Below, in pieces: positions 9,260-17,476 of a stretch of DNA of 36,886 nt. The translations under genes and the position numbers were made by a program. Below the pieces are notes generated by a model, which worked only from the letters and a program-made list of their open reading frames with translations, ran no database searches and had not been told where the DNA came from. Origin of the DNA: a virus (taxonomy: Duplodnaviria > Caudoviricetes). Location: the IMG/VR virus record IMGVR_UViG_3300020431_000302, positions 1 through 36,886 of that record; one strand, written 5' to 3'. How positions within the stretch are numbered: position 1 is the first letter of the stretch; each line of letters starts with the position of its first letter.

Positions 9260-10020
9260 CAGAATCTGGGGAGTGTAATATGGATAGGAAGTGATTTACA
9301 GGGGATGTTGAAGAAGTCAATCATCTTTCTATGGATGAGTTCACAACACCAGGCACCTTCTGCCTGTTCAATACACTGTTCAATACAAAGATCAATCACA
9401 GGATATGCAGACATAAATGCATCCATGACTTTAGAACCACCAAAGTTAAACCAATCATTAATCATTCCGTCTGGTTGATTCTGATTACCAGAGTAGAAAA
9501 TGGTATTTTTTGGAAACCCTTCATAGTCAATCTTGGTTCCAACAACTGAATCTGTTCTAATCTTCAACACATAATCATACTTAAAATCATTCTCATGCTC
9601 ATACTCTTTCTTCAAAGTACAAACTTTCATTAGAGAATAGTAGTAAGAAATGATATTGTTAACATCTCTTACTGCAAAGTCTGGTTCCTCTGGATTGTCA
9701 ATAGCACCCCACTTATATCTTTTAAGTGATGCAAGATAGTCATCAGATAGATCTGAATCTAAAAACTTCTTACTCTTTTCTACTAGAATACCTTTTGGTT
9801 TGTATATTTCTTTAAACTTCTCAATAGCATCAGGTGATATGCGTTGATCTTTCCACTTACCTGTCCCACCATACTTGTATGGTTGGGTTTGAAGATCTTG
9901 ATCAAACCAAAGATGTGCAAATATATCTACATCATGATCACCAATAACATTCTCAATAATACTAGGTGCAACCTGCTCAATGAACCTGGGTTGACCAGAA
10001 AAACATAATGCTATCTTCAT
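9259..10020 (-). CDS. Conserved glycan-cluster protein, paralog of 8486..9259
   Basis: Identical MKIALCFSGQPR start, YDYVLKIRTD, NDWFNFG. Confidence 0.55.
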   Translation of the reverse strand: MKIALCFSGQPRFIEQVAPSIIENVIGDHDVDIFAHLWFDQDLQTQPYKYGGTGKWKDQRISPDAIEKFKEIYKPKGILVEKSKKFLDSDLSDDYLASLKRYKWGAIDNPEEPDFAVRDVNNIISYYYSLMKVCTLKKEYEHENDFKYDYVLKIRTDSVVGTKIDYEGFPKNTIFYSGNQNQPDGMINDWFNFGGSKVMDAFMSAYPVIDLCIEQCIEQAEGAWCCELIHRKMIDFFNIPCKSLPIHITLPRF

Positions 10021-11069
10021 AGATACTCACTCAAATTATCATGATTTCTGGGGATATTTATAGCATCGCATGAGGGATAAGTATTACTCTTAGCAAAGTC
10101 ATTGATCACAGTCCTCTTGCAGTGAGGTAGTCCCATCACCAGTTGATCATAAGGCATACTGTGTTTCTCCATCTCTTTTACAGTCACCTCACGTAGTGAC
10201 TCTGGACGACTTGTAGTTAAGATAATATAAACCTTTCCTTTCTCGTACTCCTCTCTTAGATACTGAATGTTGAGTGTAAGTGGATCTCCTGACCCCACAT
10301 AAGGTGGGAACTGAATAGATGAATTGGTCACTAATGTTCCATCAATATCAACAAAAAGTGTATTGTATTGTGACTTATACTTGTTCCAGACTTCTAATGT
10401 TCCCCAATCCTTATACTTATCAACTCTTGACCCAGAGAACTTGGATCCAGACAACATCATATCGTAGATGACATTACTGATATAGCATTCTCCCTCCATG
10501 GATTCAAGTTTCTCATATGATTTACAGAACTCTTTTGCATCTATAAATCCATATCCACCACAGGAAAATGTAGAACTGATAACATCCTTCTCTACAATAT
10601 TAGTAATGACTCCATTTACATCCAGTTCAATATAACTCTTGTTCCTAGCATTGATATCATCTTCTTCATTCAAATCATAGTAAGCAACCTGATTTCCTTC
10701 TTCAATATTACATTCGTAATAATTATCAGAATCCTTTACAAAGACAAATCCATCTACCTCATCACCAGATAAAATTTGATAGACAGTATCTGACTGTGAA
10801 GATGTGGGTTCTGCAAGATAAGCAAACTTTGACTTATCAAGAATACCTAGATCTCTGAGTTCCCTAGCCATTCCTTTGGTAAATTGATACTGATCCTCAT
10901 GTTCTTGAAGAACAACAAAGTAAATTACATCAAAAAAGTTTAAGTTAAGACCTGAGATAGACTCAACCACCATGAACCTATTCTTCTTTGGGTGAGTCAG
11001 CATCCACTTGGGTCTCATGTTTGGGAAGCGTGATGACTTCCCTGCCATGGGAACTACTAAGGTCTTCAT
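10017..11069 (-). CDS. Nucleotidyltransferase fused to a C-terminal HAD phosphatase domain
   Basis: VPMAGKSSRF..PKWML and DWGT (NTP transferase), then FVDIDGTL, TTSRP and VIND (HAD motifs). Confidence 0.75.
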   Translation of the reverse strand: MKTLVVPMAGKSSRFPNMRPKWMLTHPKKNRFMVVESISGLNLNFFDVIYFVVLQEHEDQYQFTKGMARELRDLGILDKSKFAYLAEPTSSQSDTVYQILSGDEVDGFVFVKDSDNYYECNIEEGNQVAYYDLNEEDDINARNKSYIELDVNGVITNIVEKDVISSTFSCGGYGFIDAKEFCKSYEKLESMEGECYISNVIYDMMLSGSKFSGSRVDKYKDWGTLEVWNKYKSQYNTLFVDIDGTLVTNSSIQFPPYVGSGDPLTLNIQYLREEYEKGKVYIILTTSRPESLREVTVKEMEKHSMPYDQLVMGLPHCKRTVINDFAKSNTYPSCDAINIPRNHDNLSEYL

Positions 11070-11859
11070 ACAGATCTGTCTTTTCTACTAGTTTATTCAG
11101 TATAGAACTCTGCTTCTCGTTAGTCAAGTAAGGTTCTATACGTAAGAGATTCATAGCATCCAACACTTTGAATGCTTTTGTATCCAGATAATCAGAGTAT
11201 CTACTCTCTATCTTTCCCCAGATATATGAGTATATCTGATATATTCTAAGATTATATATGTCTTGAACTCTAAGGTTCCAGCAATAATATAAATCCTGCT
11301 TCAGTTTTGCAAAATCTACCAGATAACTATCTACAAATGAATCCAAAAAATCAATGAAATATAATCTATTCTTATGAAAGATTATATTAGCAAAGGTTAA
11401 GTCACCATGACAAAAACTATATGGTACTTGCATATCCACCACTTGTTTCTTGATATATGAGAGGAAATCACTCTGCTTCATACTGTTTAGTTTGTTCTCA
11501 AAGATACTTTTAGATACCTCAGTATGATATACTCTTGAATTCCCAATCAAAAAATCAAAATATCCGTATAATGATTCAACTACAAAGTCAATTTGCTTTG
11601 TATTAGCGTGAGAAAAGTATTCATCAAAGGAGAACCCTGAGACATACTCCATATCAAAAGAGTATAGATCTTCCTGATGAATACTATGCACCCTAGGTGC
11701 TTCAATATTTTGTAATACAAAATGTGAAAAAAGAGACTGCTTCTTGATTTGAGAAAGCAGTCTCTGGTTGTATTCTTTGCAGGAAGAATACTTTCTTAAT
11801 ACATTATTATTGAGTAGTGTTATCTGACATCCAGATAGACCACTCTTCAAGTTTGTCAT
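10978..11859 (-). CDS. APH/choline-kinase-like phosphotransferase
   Basis: GLSGC glycine loop, MEYV, CHGDLTFANI, YFIDF. Confidence 0.75.
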   Translation of the reverse strand: MTNLKSGLSGCQITLLNNNVLRKYSSCKEYNQRLLSQIKKQSLFSHFVLQNIEAPRVHSIHQEDLYSFDMEYVSGFSFDEYFSHANTKQIDFVVESLYGYFDFLIGNSRVYHTEVSKSIFENKLNSMKQSDFLSYIKKQVVDMQVPYSFCHGDLTFANIIFHKNRLYFIDFLDSFVDSYLVDFAKLKQDLYYCWNLRVQDIYNLRIYQIYSYIWGKIESRYSDYLDTKAFKVLDAMNLLRIEPYLTNEKQSSILNKLVEKTDLYEDLSSSHGREVITLPKHETQVDADSPKEE

Positions 11860-12572
11860 ACCTGATACTTAGAGTTGTCTTTTGCTAGATGGACAATTAC
11901 TGAATCAAACTCACAGTGGTCACTGAAGCATTCTGGATATGCATACTGTGGACCAAGAGTATGAACATCTTCTTTGTTTTCAATAAAGAACTTATTCATC
12001 TGACTTTCATCATGCCATACAGCAATCACATCTCTGTCTAGATCGTTCATAGTTCTTCTATCTAGTTCCCTAATCATATCAATTACATAAGGAACTCTGC
12101 CACCCCACAAACAACCTTGCCAATAGGTAGAGACATCATCCTCTTCTGTGATTGACGCAAGGGATTGAGGGTTAGTCTCAAAGGCACCTGGGAATTGAGT
12201 ATGTGGGTGCATGCCCAGTGCATGACATGGATGATGCACACCAATAAACTTTTTATTAGTGAACAAGTCTTCTTCTGATACCTCGGACACTATTCTCATA
12301 TCAGCATCAAGGAAAAGAACATAGTCAAATTGTTCCAATGGAGTACTTGCTTTAAGAATAGTGTTCCATCTCTTAAGAGTAATGTATGGCCAGGGCAAAT
12401 GCTCTTGACTAAATGCATTTACATTCTCAGGCATACCTTCAATCTCACCATCAGTGAAGACAAAATATTGCTTCTCTGTCTTGGGAGCAAGAAACTTCTC
12501 ACATGCTTTATACCAACTAGGCAAGAAGTTAAGATACTTATTAGTGCCAATAAAGACTACTGCTAGTTTCAT
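11856..12572 (-). CDS. Glycosyltransferase family 6 (alpha-1,3-Gal/GalNAc transferase)
   Basis: FIGTNKY, YFVFTD, WPYITLKR, FLDAD, GVHHP, QGCLWGG, WHDESQMNKFF. Confidence 0.9.
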   Translation of the reverse strand: MKLAVVFIGTNKYLNFLPSWYKACEKFLAPKTEKQYFVFTDGEIEGMPENVNAFSQEHLPWPYITLKRWNTILKASTPLEQFDYVLFLDADMRIVSEVSEEDLFTNKKFIGVHHPCHALGMHPHTQFPGAFETNPQSLASITEEDDVSTYWQGCLWGGRVPYVIDMIRELDRRTMNDLDRDVIAVWHDESQMNKFFIENKEDVHTLGPQYAYPECFSDHCEFDSVIVHLAKDNSKYQV

Positions 12573-13165
12573 ACAATCTCAACTATGGTTTGAATAGGTA
12601 AGTGGTCAGTGCTGTTCATTAGGATTTTGTATCCATAATTATACTCATCAAGAAATTCAGCAAATGCTTTAGCTTCATTCTCTTTCATGTTCTTCTTAAT
12701 GAGAAACTCATCAAAGTAAATGTATGTTCCAGGTTTGATATATGGACCAAGATGTTTGAATATAGTTTTAGTAGAGGAGTATAGATCACAATCAATATTA
12801 ATGAAGGAGATCTTATCTATAACATACTCTTTTACAAATTTAGGAAGGGTTTCATCAAACCAACCAATCACGAGTTCAACATTATCTTCTACTCTTGGTG
12901 GTTCAGGAACACTGAAATGCCCTTTCCCAATATCATCAGTCCAATCCTCTGGAAGTCCATCAAAGGAATCAAACCCATAGATTAGATTGCAACACTTGCT
13001 TAGTTTGTTGATAGTCTTTCCAGAGTATACACCAAACTCAAGCCAGTATCCATCTCTAGGAATATTAAATGATGGAATATGGTCACTCAAAATGATATGA
13101 TCATTAGATATAGGACCTTTGAACAAAGTAAAGTCTTCAATAATTTTTTGATATGTATCAGACAT
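12569..13165 (-). CDS. TylF/MycF-like O-methyltransferase
   Basis: LEFGVYSG, GFDSFDGLPEDW, GWFDETL, IDCDLYSST, FDE. Confidence 0.85.
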   Translation of the reverse strand: MSDTYQKIIEDFTLFKGPISNDHIILSDHIPSFNIPRDGYWLEFGVYSGKTINKLSKCCNLIYGFDSFDGLPEDWTDDIGKGHFSVPEPPRVEDNVELVIGWFDETLPKFVKEYVIDKISFINIDCDLYSSTKTIFKHLGPYIKPGTYIYFDEFLIKKNMKENEAKAFAEFLDEYNYGYKILMNSTDHLPIQTIVEIV

Positions 13166-13841
13166 CTTTTATAAAAGTCAAACTGCAAACATTGAGGTAA
13201 GGAAACCCAGGAACTTTAAATAGATCTTTAGTCCTATTTGTCCACCTTCCCATCAATTCTAATCCCTGCGCTTTTGCTGCTGAGATGAATACCTGTGGAC
13301 TTACAAACTCACCATCTTCAGAGTCAGTTTGACAGTCAGAAGAGATAATGAAGTGACCACCTGGTTTTAGACATCTGTAAGTCTCTCTGAATACATTATT
13401 CAAAACTGTTTCCCCATCAGGACAAATGCCAGTACTACCACAGAAATGAGTAATAGAACATAGATCAGTAAAAACATCTATGCTTCCATCTTCTACAGTA
13501 GGAAACCAATCCCAGATATTAGACTCAATCATTGTTGTCTTACTATCTACACAGTCATGATCAATACGACCACCTGTCTTAATAGTATCTACTCCTGTCA
13601 CATCATTACCCCAAGAACTAATGATATGAGGAACACAACCTCTGGCACACCCCAAGTCTACCACAGTCTTGCCATTATCAGGATAAAGTTCTCTGAACCT
13701 ATCTAATACCCCCACCCATTTTACAAGAGCATCATCCTTTCTCCAAAGATCTTGATGTGGAAAGTCATTCTCCCAGTTATTATTATCTCTTGATTCTCTA
13801 GAATGGATTAGATCTGCTTTATTGTATATGTAATTCTTCAT
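13158..13841 (-). CDS. Class I SAM-dependent methyltransferase
   Basis: VVDLGCARG motif I, VTGVD, YRCLKPGGHF. Confidence 0.82.
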   Translation of the reverse strand: MKNYIYNKADLIHSRESRDNNNWENDFPHQDLWRKDDALVKWVGVLDRFRELYPDNGKTVVDLGCARGCVPHIISSWGNDVTGVDTIKTGGRIDHDCVDSKTTMIESNIWDWFPTVEDGSIDVFTDLCSITHFCGSTGICPDGETVLNNVFRETYRCLKPGGHFIISSDCQTDSEDGEFVSPQVFISAAKAQGLELMGRWTNRTKDLFKVPGFPYLNVCSLTFIKDV

Positions 13842-14494
13842 TTTCTTACAAAATAATCTGGAAGTGTATTGTAGTATTCAGTTGCTTTCTGAAGAATAGA
13901 TTCAAACTGATCACGTTTGTCTGGTGGAACAAGATCAATCTTTGAATTCCTTGGTTTCTTCACATAATTTGATGGAACTGTCTTCTGTCTTAAGAAGTCT
14001 ACAAAGATTTCTTTTCCATATTCCCACTGAACATCAGACTTAACACAAAGTATGGGATACTTTGTCTCTATTGTTGTCCAGTTATATATGTGCTCATAGG
14101 TCATAAACCAATCTAGACCACCTTCTACATATTCCTTAAGATCATAGTTCTTTTTATATTGTGGATGGACTTTATAAATCTCTTTAGACTCAGGATGTAA
14201 CTCTACATTATCAGTCCTTGTAGGATGAAGAGGAAGACCTTTATTCTCAATATGAGTAACACCCATATCACGTCTGAATAATGATATAACAGACTGAATT
14301 GGATCACCCATCACAAATATTGCTCTATCAATTTCAATATATTGTGGGGGATACAGTGTGTGTTTACATCTGCCAAAATTGATACCTTGATGAAAATGGT
14401 CTGAGTTACTTTCAATACCCAGTTCATTTACAATCTTGAATAGTTGACTAGAGGCACAACCCCCAATACTATTCAGAATAGTTACTTCACTCAT
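13838..14494 (-). CDS. Hypothetical protein, possibly sulfotransferase fold
   Basis: Coupled ORF in the operon. SIGGCASS and FVMGDPIQSVISLF loosely resemble the 5'-PSB and 3'-PB motifs. Confidence 0.35.
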   Translation of the reverse strand: MSEVTILNSIGGCASSQLFKIVNELGIESNSDHFHQGINFGRCKHTLYPPQYIEIDRAIFVMGDPIQSVISLFRRDMGVTHIENKGLPLHPTRTDNVELHPESKEIYKVHPQYKKNYDLKEYVEGGLDWFMTYEHIYNWTTIETKYPILCVKSDVQWEYGKEIFVDFLRQKTVPSNYVKKPRNSKIDLVPPDKRDQFESILQKATEYYNTLPDYFVRK

Positions 14495-15299
14495 CTACTA
14501 CCTCCCATCCTTCAGGATATAAATCTTTGATATCTAGGTGTGCATTGTTAGGTCCAAACCACACTGATGGTGCAATTACTTTGCCTCTGTTTGCTAACCA
14601 AGCACCCCACCAAGAAAAGGTAGAGTTAGCAATAATAAAGTCTGAACACAGAGACATCAGACACAAATCAACATAGCTTGAGTTGCCCTCTGACACTAGA
14701 AATCTATCATCTGAGAAAACTTTCTGGTCTTTACACCACTGAGGATCATCAGAAAAGATGACTACATTTCTATCAGCATCAAACATGGAGAGTGCTTTCT
14801 CATAGTAAGTAATGCTTAGATTATGATGATTCCCTGAATTCTTCAAGAAGTCCCCTCTTCTGATATGAATTGCAACTGGATTCTCTACACCAGCAATCAT
14901 CTCCACGCAGGGTTTGTGGTACTCATCAATGAACTCAAAATCTTGACGAATCTCATCTTCAATATTCTTAAAGTACTTCTCTGTCTGATAGAAACCAAAC
15001 AGGTTTACCCAGTCTGGACATTCATTGAAGATTGATTCATTAAAATGAAACCCACTCTCTTCAATACTAGGTCTGTTTTGATCAATAAATTGAATGTTGA
15101 GAGCACTACAATTACTCATCTTGAAAACATTGAAGAGTTCAATCTTCAACTTATTGCCTAGAGTGTCAACTAGAACATCTTTATGATTAGGGATACAGTA
15201 ATTATATCCTTTATTTGCTGCAATACCTTTTACAGCAGCATACTGGAACATCTGGTTACCTAGTTGTCCTAGTTTACCAAGATAATTAAATCCAATCAT
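14487..15299 (-). CDS. Glycosyltransferase family 11 (alpha-1,2-fucosyltransferase type)
   Basis: GQLGNQMFQYA, GFYQTEKYF, HIRRGD, FSDD, ANSTFSWWGAWL. Confidence 0.92.
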   Translation of the reverse strand: MIGFNYLGKLGQLGNQMFQYAAVKGIAANKGYNYCIPNHKDVLVDTLGNKLKIELFNVFKMSNCSALNIQFIDQNRPSIEESGFHFNESIFNECPDWVNLFGFYQTEKYFKNIEDEIRQDFEFIDEYHKPCVEMIAGVENPVAIHIRRGDFLKNSGNHHNLSITYYEKALSMFDADRNVVIFSDDPQWCKDQKVFSDDRFLVSEGNSSYVDLCLMSLCSDFIIANSTFSWWGAWLANRGKVIAPSVWFGPNNAHLDIKDLYPEGWEVVDE

Positions 15300-16345
15300 A
15301 CTTCTTCAAGTTGAGCATTGATCCAATGATAGGTATAACGAATACCTTCTTCAAGAGTTACCTCAAAATCCCATCCAAGTTTCTCTCTAATCAAATCATT
15401 GTTAGAGTTTCTACCACGCACACCAAGAGGAGCATCCATCTTATGGTTTCTCTTGATAGGTTTACCTGCTACCTTAGAAGTAATGTTAGTTAACTCATTG
15501 ATTGTTACCATCTCTTCAGAACCAATGTTCACTGGTCCCATGAAATCAGAATCCATCAACCTTCTAGTTGCTTCAATGCAATCATCAATGTATAGGAAAG
15601 AACGTGTCTGCTCACCATCACCCCATACCTCAATGTGTCCACCTACTCCAGGCAGTTTTGCTACTTTACGACAGATTGCTGCTGGTGCTTTCTCTCTTCC
15701 TCCATCCCAGGTTCCTTCAGGACCAAAGATATTGTGATACCTAGCAACACGAACAGGGATTCCATGGTTGCGATTGTAAGCAAAGTATAGACGTTCACTA
15801 AAGAGTTTTTCCCATCCATACTCAGAATCTGGTGCTGCTGGATATGCTGATTCTTCACTACAGTCTGGACTATCAGGGTCTAGTTGATTGTGCTCTGGAT
15901 ACATACATGCTGATCCAGAATAGAAAATCTTAGTAGAAGTTTTATCTAGTTGCTCATTAAATTTACGCTGCTCTTCAAGAACATTTAAATTAATACTGAC
16001 AGAGTTATGCATGATGTCTGCATCATTCTCACCAGTGAATACAAATCCTGCACCACCCATATCAGCAGCGAACTGATAGATCTCATCAAAAGGAAGATGA
16101 AGTCTTTCAGGAACACTTGCATAGAAGTTACCTGTGTATCCTTTGAATCTAAGAATACGACGAACAAAGTCTGCCTCACGCAAGTCACCTTGAATGAATT
16201 CATTTGCTTCCGTTGAAGTGAACTCTGGGTTCTTGAGATCAACTCCACGAACCCAGTATCCTTCTGATCGTAGCCTCTTTACCATGTGACTACCAATGAA
16301 TCCACCAGCACCTAAGACAAGTGCTGTCTTATTATATTCAGACAT
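15296..16345 (-). CDS. GDP-mannose 3',5'-epimerase-like NAD-dependent epimerase (WcaG superfamily)
   Basis: GAGGFIG, AADMGGAGF, SACMYPE, YGWEK, GGREKAPAAICRK, GVRGRNS are GME signature segments. Confidence 0.85.
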   Translation of the reverse strand: MSEYNKTALVLGAGGFIGSHMVKRLRSEGYWVRGVDLKNPEFTSTEANEFIQGDLREADFVRRILRFKGYTGNFYASVPERLHLPFDEIYQFAADMGGAGFVFTGENDADIMHNSVSINLNVLEEQRKFNEQLDKTSTKIFYSGSACMYPEHNQLDPDSPDCSEESAYPAAPDSEYGWEKLFSERLYFAYNRNHGIPVRVARYHNIFGPEGTWDGGREKAPAAICRKVAKLPGVGGHIEVWGDGEQTRSFLYIDDCIEATRRLMDSDFMGPVNIGSEEMVTINELTNITSKVAGKPIKRNHKMDAPLGVRGRNSNNDLIREKLGWDFEVTLEEGIRYTYHWINAQLEEV

Positions 16346-16366
16346 GTAAAATAGATATTATAATTT

Positions 16367-16395
16367 ATTATAGTGGTTTAGATATCAGATGTCAA
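16367..16395 (-). promoter_or_regulatory. Consensus sigma70 promoter for the glycan operon
   Basis: TTGACA (16395-16390), 17 nt spacer, TATAAT (16372-16367). Confidence 0.85.
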
Positions 16396-16705
16396 TTTGT
16401 CTGACGCCATCTTCACCCTTAGGAAAGTATTCAGTAATAGATTGAACAGTGTTCAACTTAGCAATCAAAGTATCAAGTCTGGAATCACTACCACCTGAAG
16501 ATGCCTTAGGGGCAGGTGCAGACTTAAGTCCTGCTACTGCTGCTTCAAGAGCCGCCAATCTCTCTTCAATCTTTGCGTGCGTTGCCCCAGTTGGTTTTGT
16601 GTGTGTCTCTGACTCCAGTGCTTTAAGTCTTTCTTCTACTTCTACATCATACTGGGACATAGATGCACCACTTGCAGACTTTGCTGCAGTTCCTTTGTAT
16701 GCCAT
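16385..16705 (-). CDS. Hypothetical late protein with coiled-coil repeats
   Basis: ATG 16705, MAYKGTAAKSASGASMSQYDVEVEERLKALE...IEERLAALE. Late promoter upstream. Confidence 0.7.
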   Translation of the reverse strand: MAYKGTAAKSASGASMSQYDVEVEERLKALESETHTKPTGATHAKIEERLAALEAAVAGLKSAPAPKASSGGSDSRLDTLIAKLNTVQSITEYFPKGEDGVRQIDI

Positions 16706-16728
16706 GTTTTCCAATTAAGTTTCTGGTT

Positions 16729-16736
16729 TATTTAGA
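16729..16736 (-). promoter_or_regulatory. Late promoter variant TCTAAATA
   Basis: CTAAATA box immediately after the terminator U-tract, ~24 nt before ATG 16705. Confidence 0.6.
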
Positions 16737-16762
16737 AAAAAAAGAGACCCCCTAAGGTCTCT
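16736..16762 (-). terminator. Rho-independent terminator
   Basis: AGAGACC-loop-GGTCTCT stem followed by a T run on the minus strand. Confidence 0.8.
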
Positions 16763-16764
16763 TA

Positions 16765-16840
16765 CGCAGGTCTACATGCACGCCACTTGTTCTTTATATG
16801 GAAACAAGAAACCATAGGGTCTATTGACTCCACCAGGACT
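16765..16840 (-). ncRNA. wcaG RNA motif (cyanophage structured RNA)
   Basis: Two UGGYG elements (UGGUG, UGGCG), a UAUGG/CCAUA hairpin whose loop CUUGUU pairs with downstream AACAAG (pseudoknot), and a position near a WcaG-family gene. Recognised from memory of the motif, not by CM search. Confidence 0.75.
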
Positions 16841-16842
16841 TT

Positions 16843-17097
16843 TTAACGACTTACCGAGTCTCTAACATAACAAGGAACCCCATCAGGATCAAGCCAGCGA
16901 GTATATTCAAAATCTTCCATAGCAGTCATCAACTGCATTTCATTATCACAAAGATACATGTCTCTGTATTTTCCAGTGTAGGAATCAACTTTTTGAATAC
17001 GATAATCAGGTTTGCCATTAATTTCTAATGTACCAACCTGAATATACCTATATGGGAACTGCTCCAAGAGAACAGATGGTTTTTGAATGACTGGCAT
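16843..17097 (-). CDS. Conserved cyanophage hypothetical protein
   Basis: 84 aa ORF, FPYRYIQVG...YRDMYLCDN...WLDP, co-oriented and tightly packed. Confidence 0.7.
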   Translation of the reverse strand: MPVIQKPSVLLEQFPYRYIQVGTLEINGKPDYRIQKVDSYTGKYRDMYLCDNEMQLMTAMEDFEYTRWLDPDGVPCYVRDSVSR

Positions 17098-17099
17098 AA

Positions 17100-17315
17100 T
17101 TAAGAAACTTCAATAGCAGAGAGATCCTGTGACAAACAATCCAAAAGGATGTCATAATCATCAAGTGGATCCCCAGAAAAAACTACTCCATCATTCTCAT
17201 AGAACTTGCGAACCTTCTTGTAAAGTTTAGGATTCTTTACATCTAGAAAGAAATCACCTTGAACTGCTGAACGAAGAGTGCTGATGTCTTTTTTGAACTT
17301 AGAAGTAATAGTCAT
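17100..17315 (-). CDS. Conserved cyanophage hypothetical protein (early)
   Basis: 71 aa ORF directly downstream of a sigma70 promoter. Confidence 0.7.
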   Translation of the reverse strand: MTITSKFKKDISTLRSAVQGDFFLDVKNPKLYKKVRKFYENDGVVFSGDPLDDYDILLDCLSQDLSAIEVS

Positions 17316-17337
17316 TGTCTTGTTTGTTGACCTTGTA

Positions 17338-17389
17338 ATTATAAGGCAAATGACTCAAAGAGTCAATGAGGACAGATATAAAACTGTCC
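17338..17389 (-). promoter_or_regulatory. Sigma70 early promoter with upstream inverted repeat
   Basis: TTGACT (17366-17361), 17 nt spacer, TATAAT (17343-17338). GGACAG-N8-CTGTCC at 17370-17389. Confidence 0.8.
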
Positions 17390-17391
17390 AA

Positions 17392-17464
17392 TGCTGGTTA
17401 CAGGGGTCGAACCTGTTTTAGTCCTGTTATGAGCAGGGTGCAATTACCGAAGTGCTAAACCAGC
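17392..17464 (-). tRNA. tRNA with CAT anticodon (Met or Ile2)
   Basis: GCTGGTT/AACCAGC acceptor stem, CTCATAA anticodon loop, ACAGG-TTCGACC-CCTGT T arm. No encoded CCA. Confidence 0.85.
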
Positions 17465-17476
17465 AAGAATTGAAAA

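Noticed and set aside
10978-11069. 92 nt overlap between the kinase and NTP-transferase genes as a programmed frameshift
   Set aside because: No slippery site or stimulatory structure is visible. A run-on C-terminal tail is the simpler explanation.
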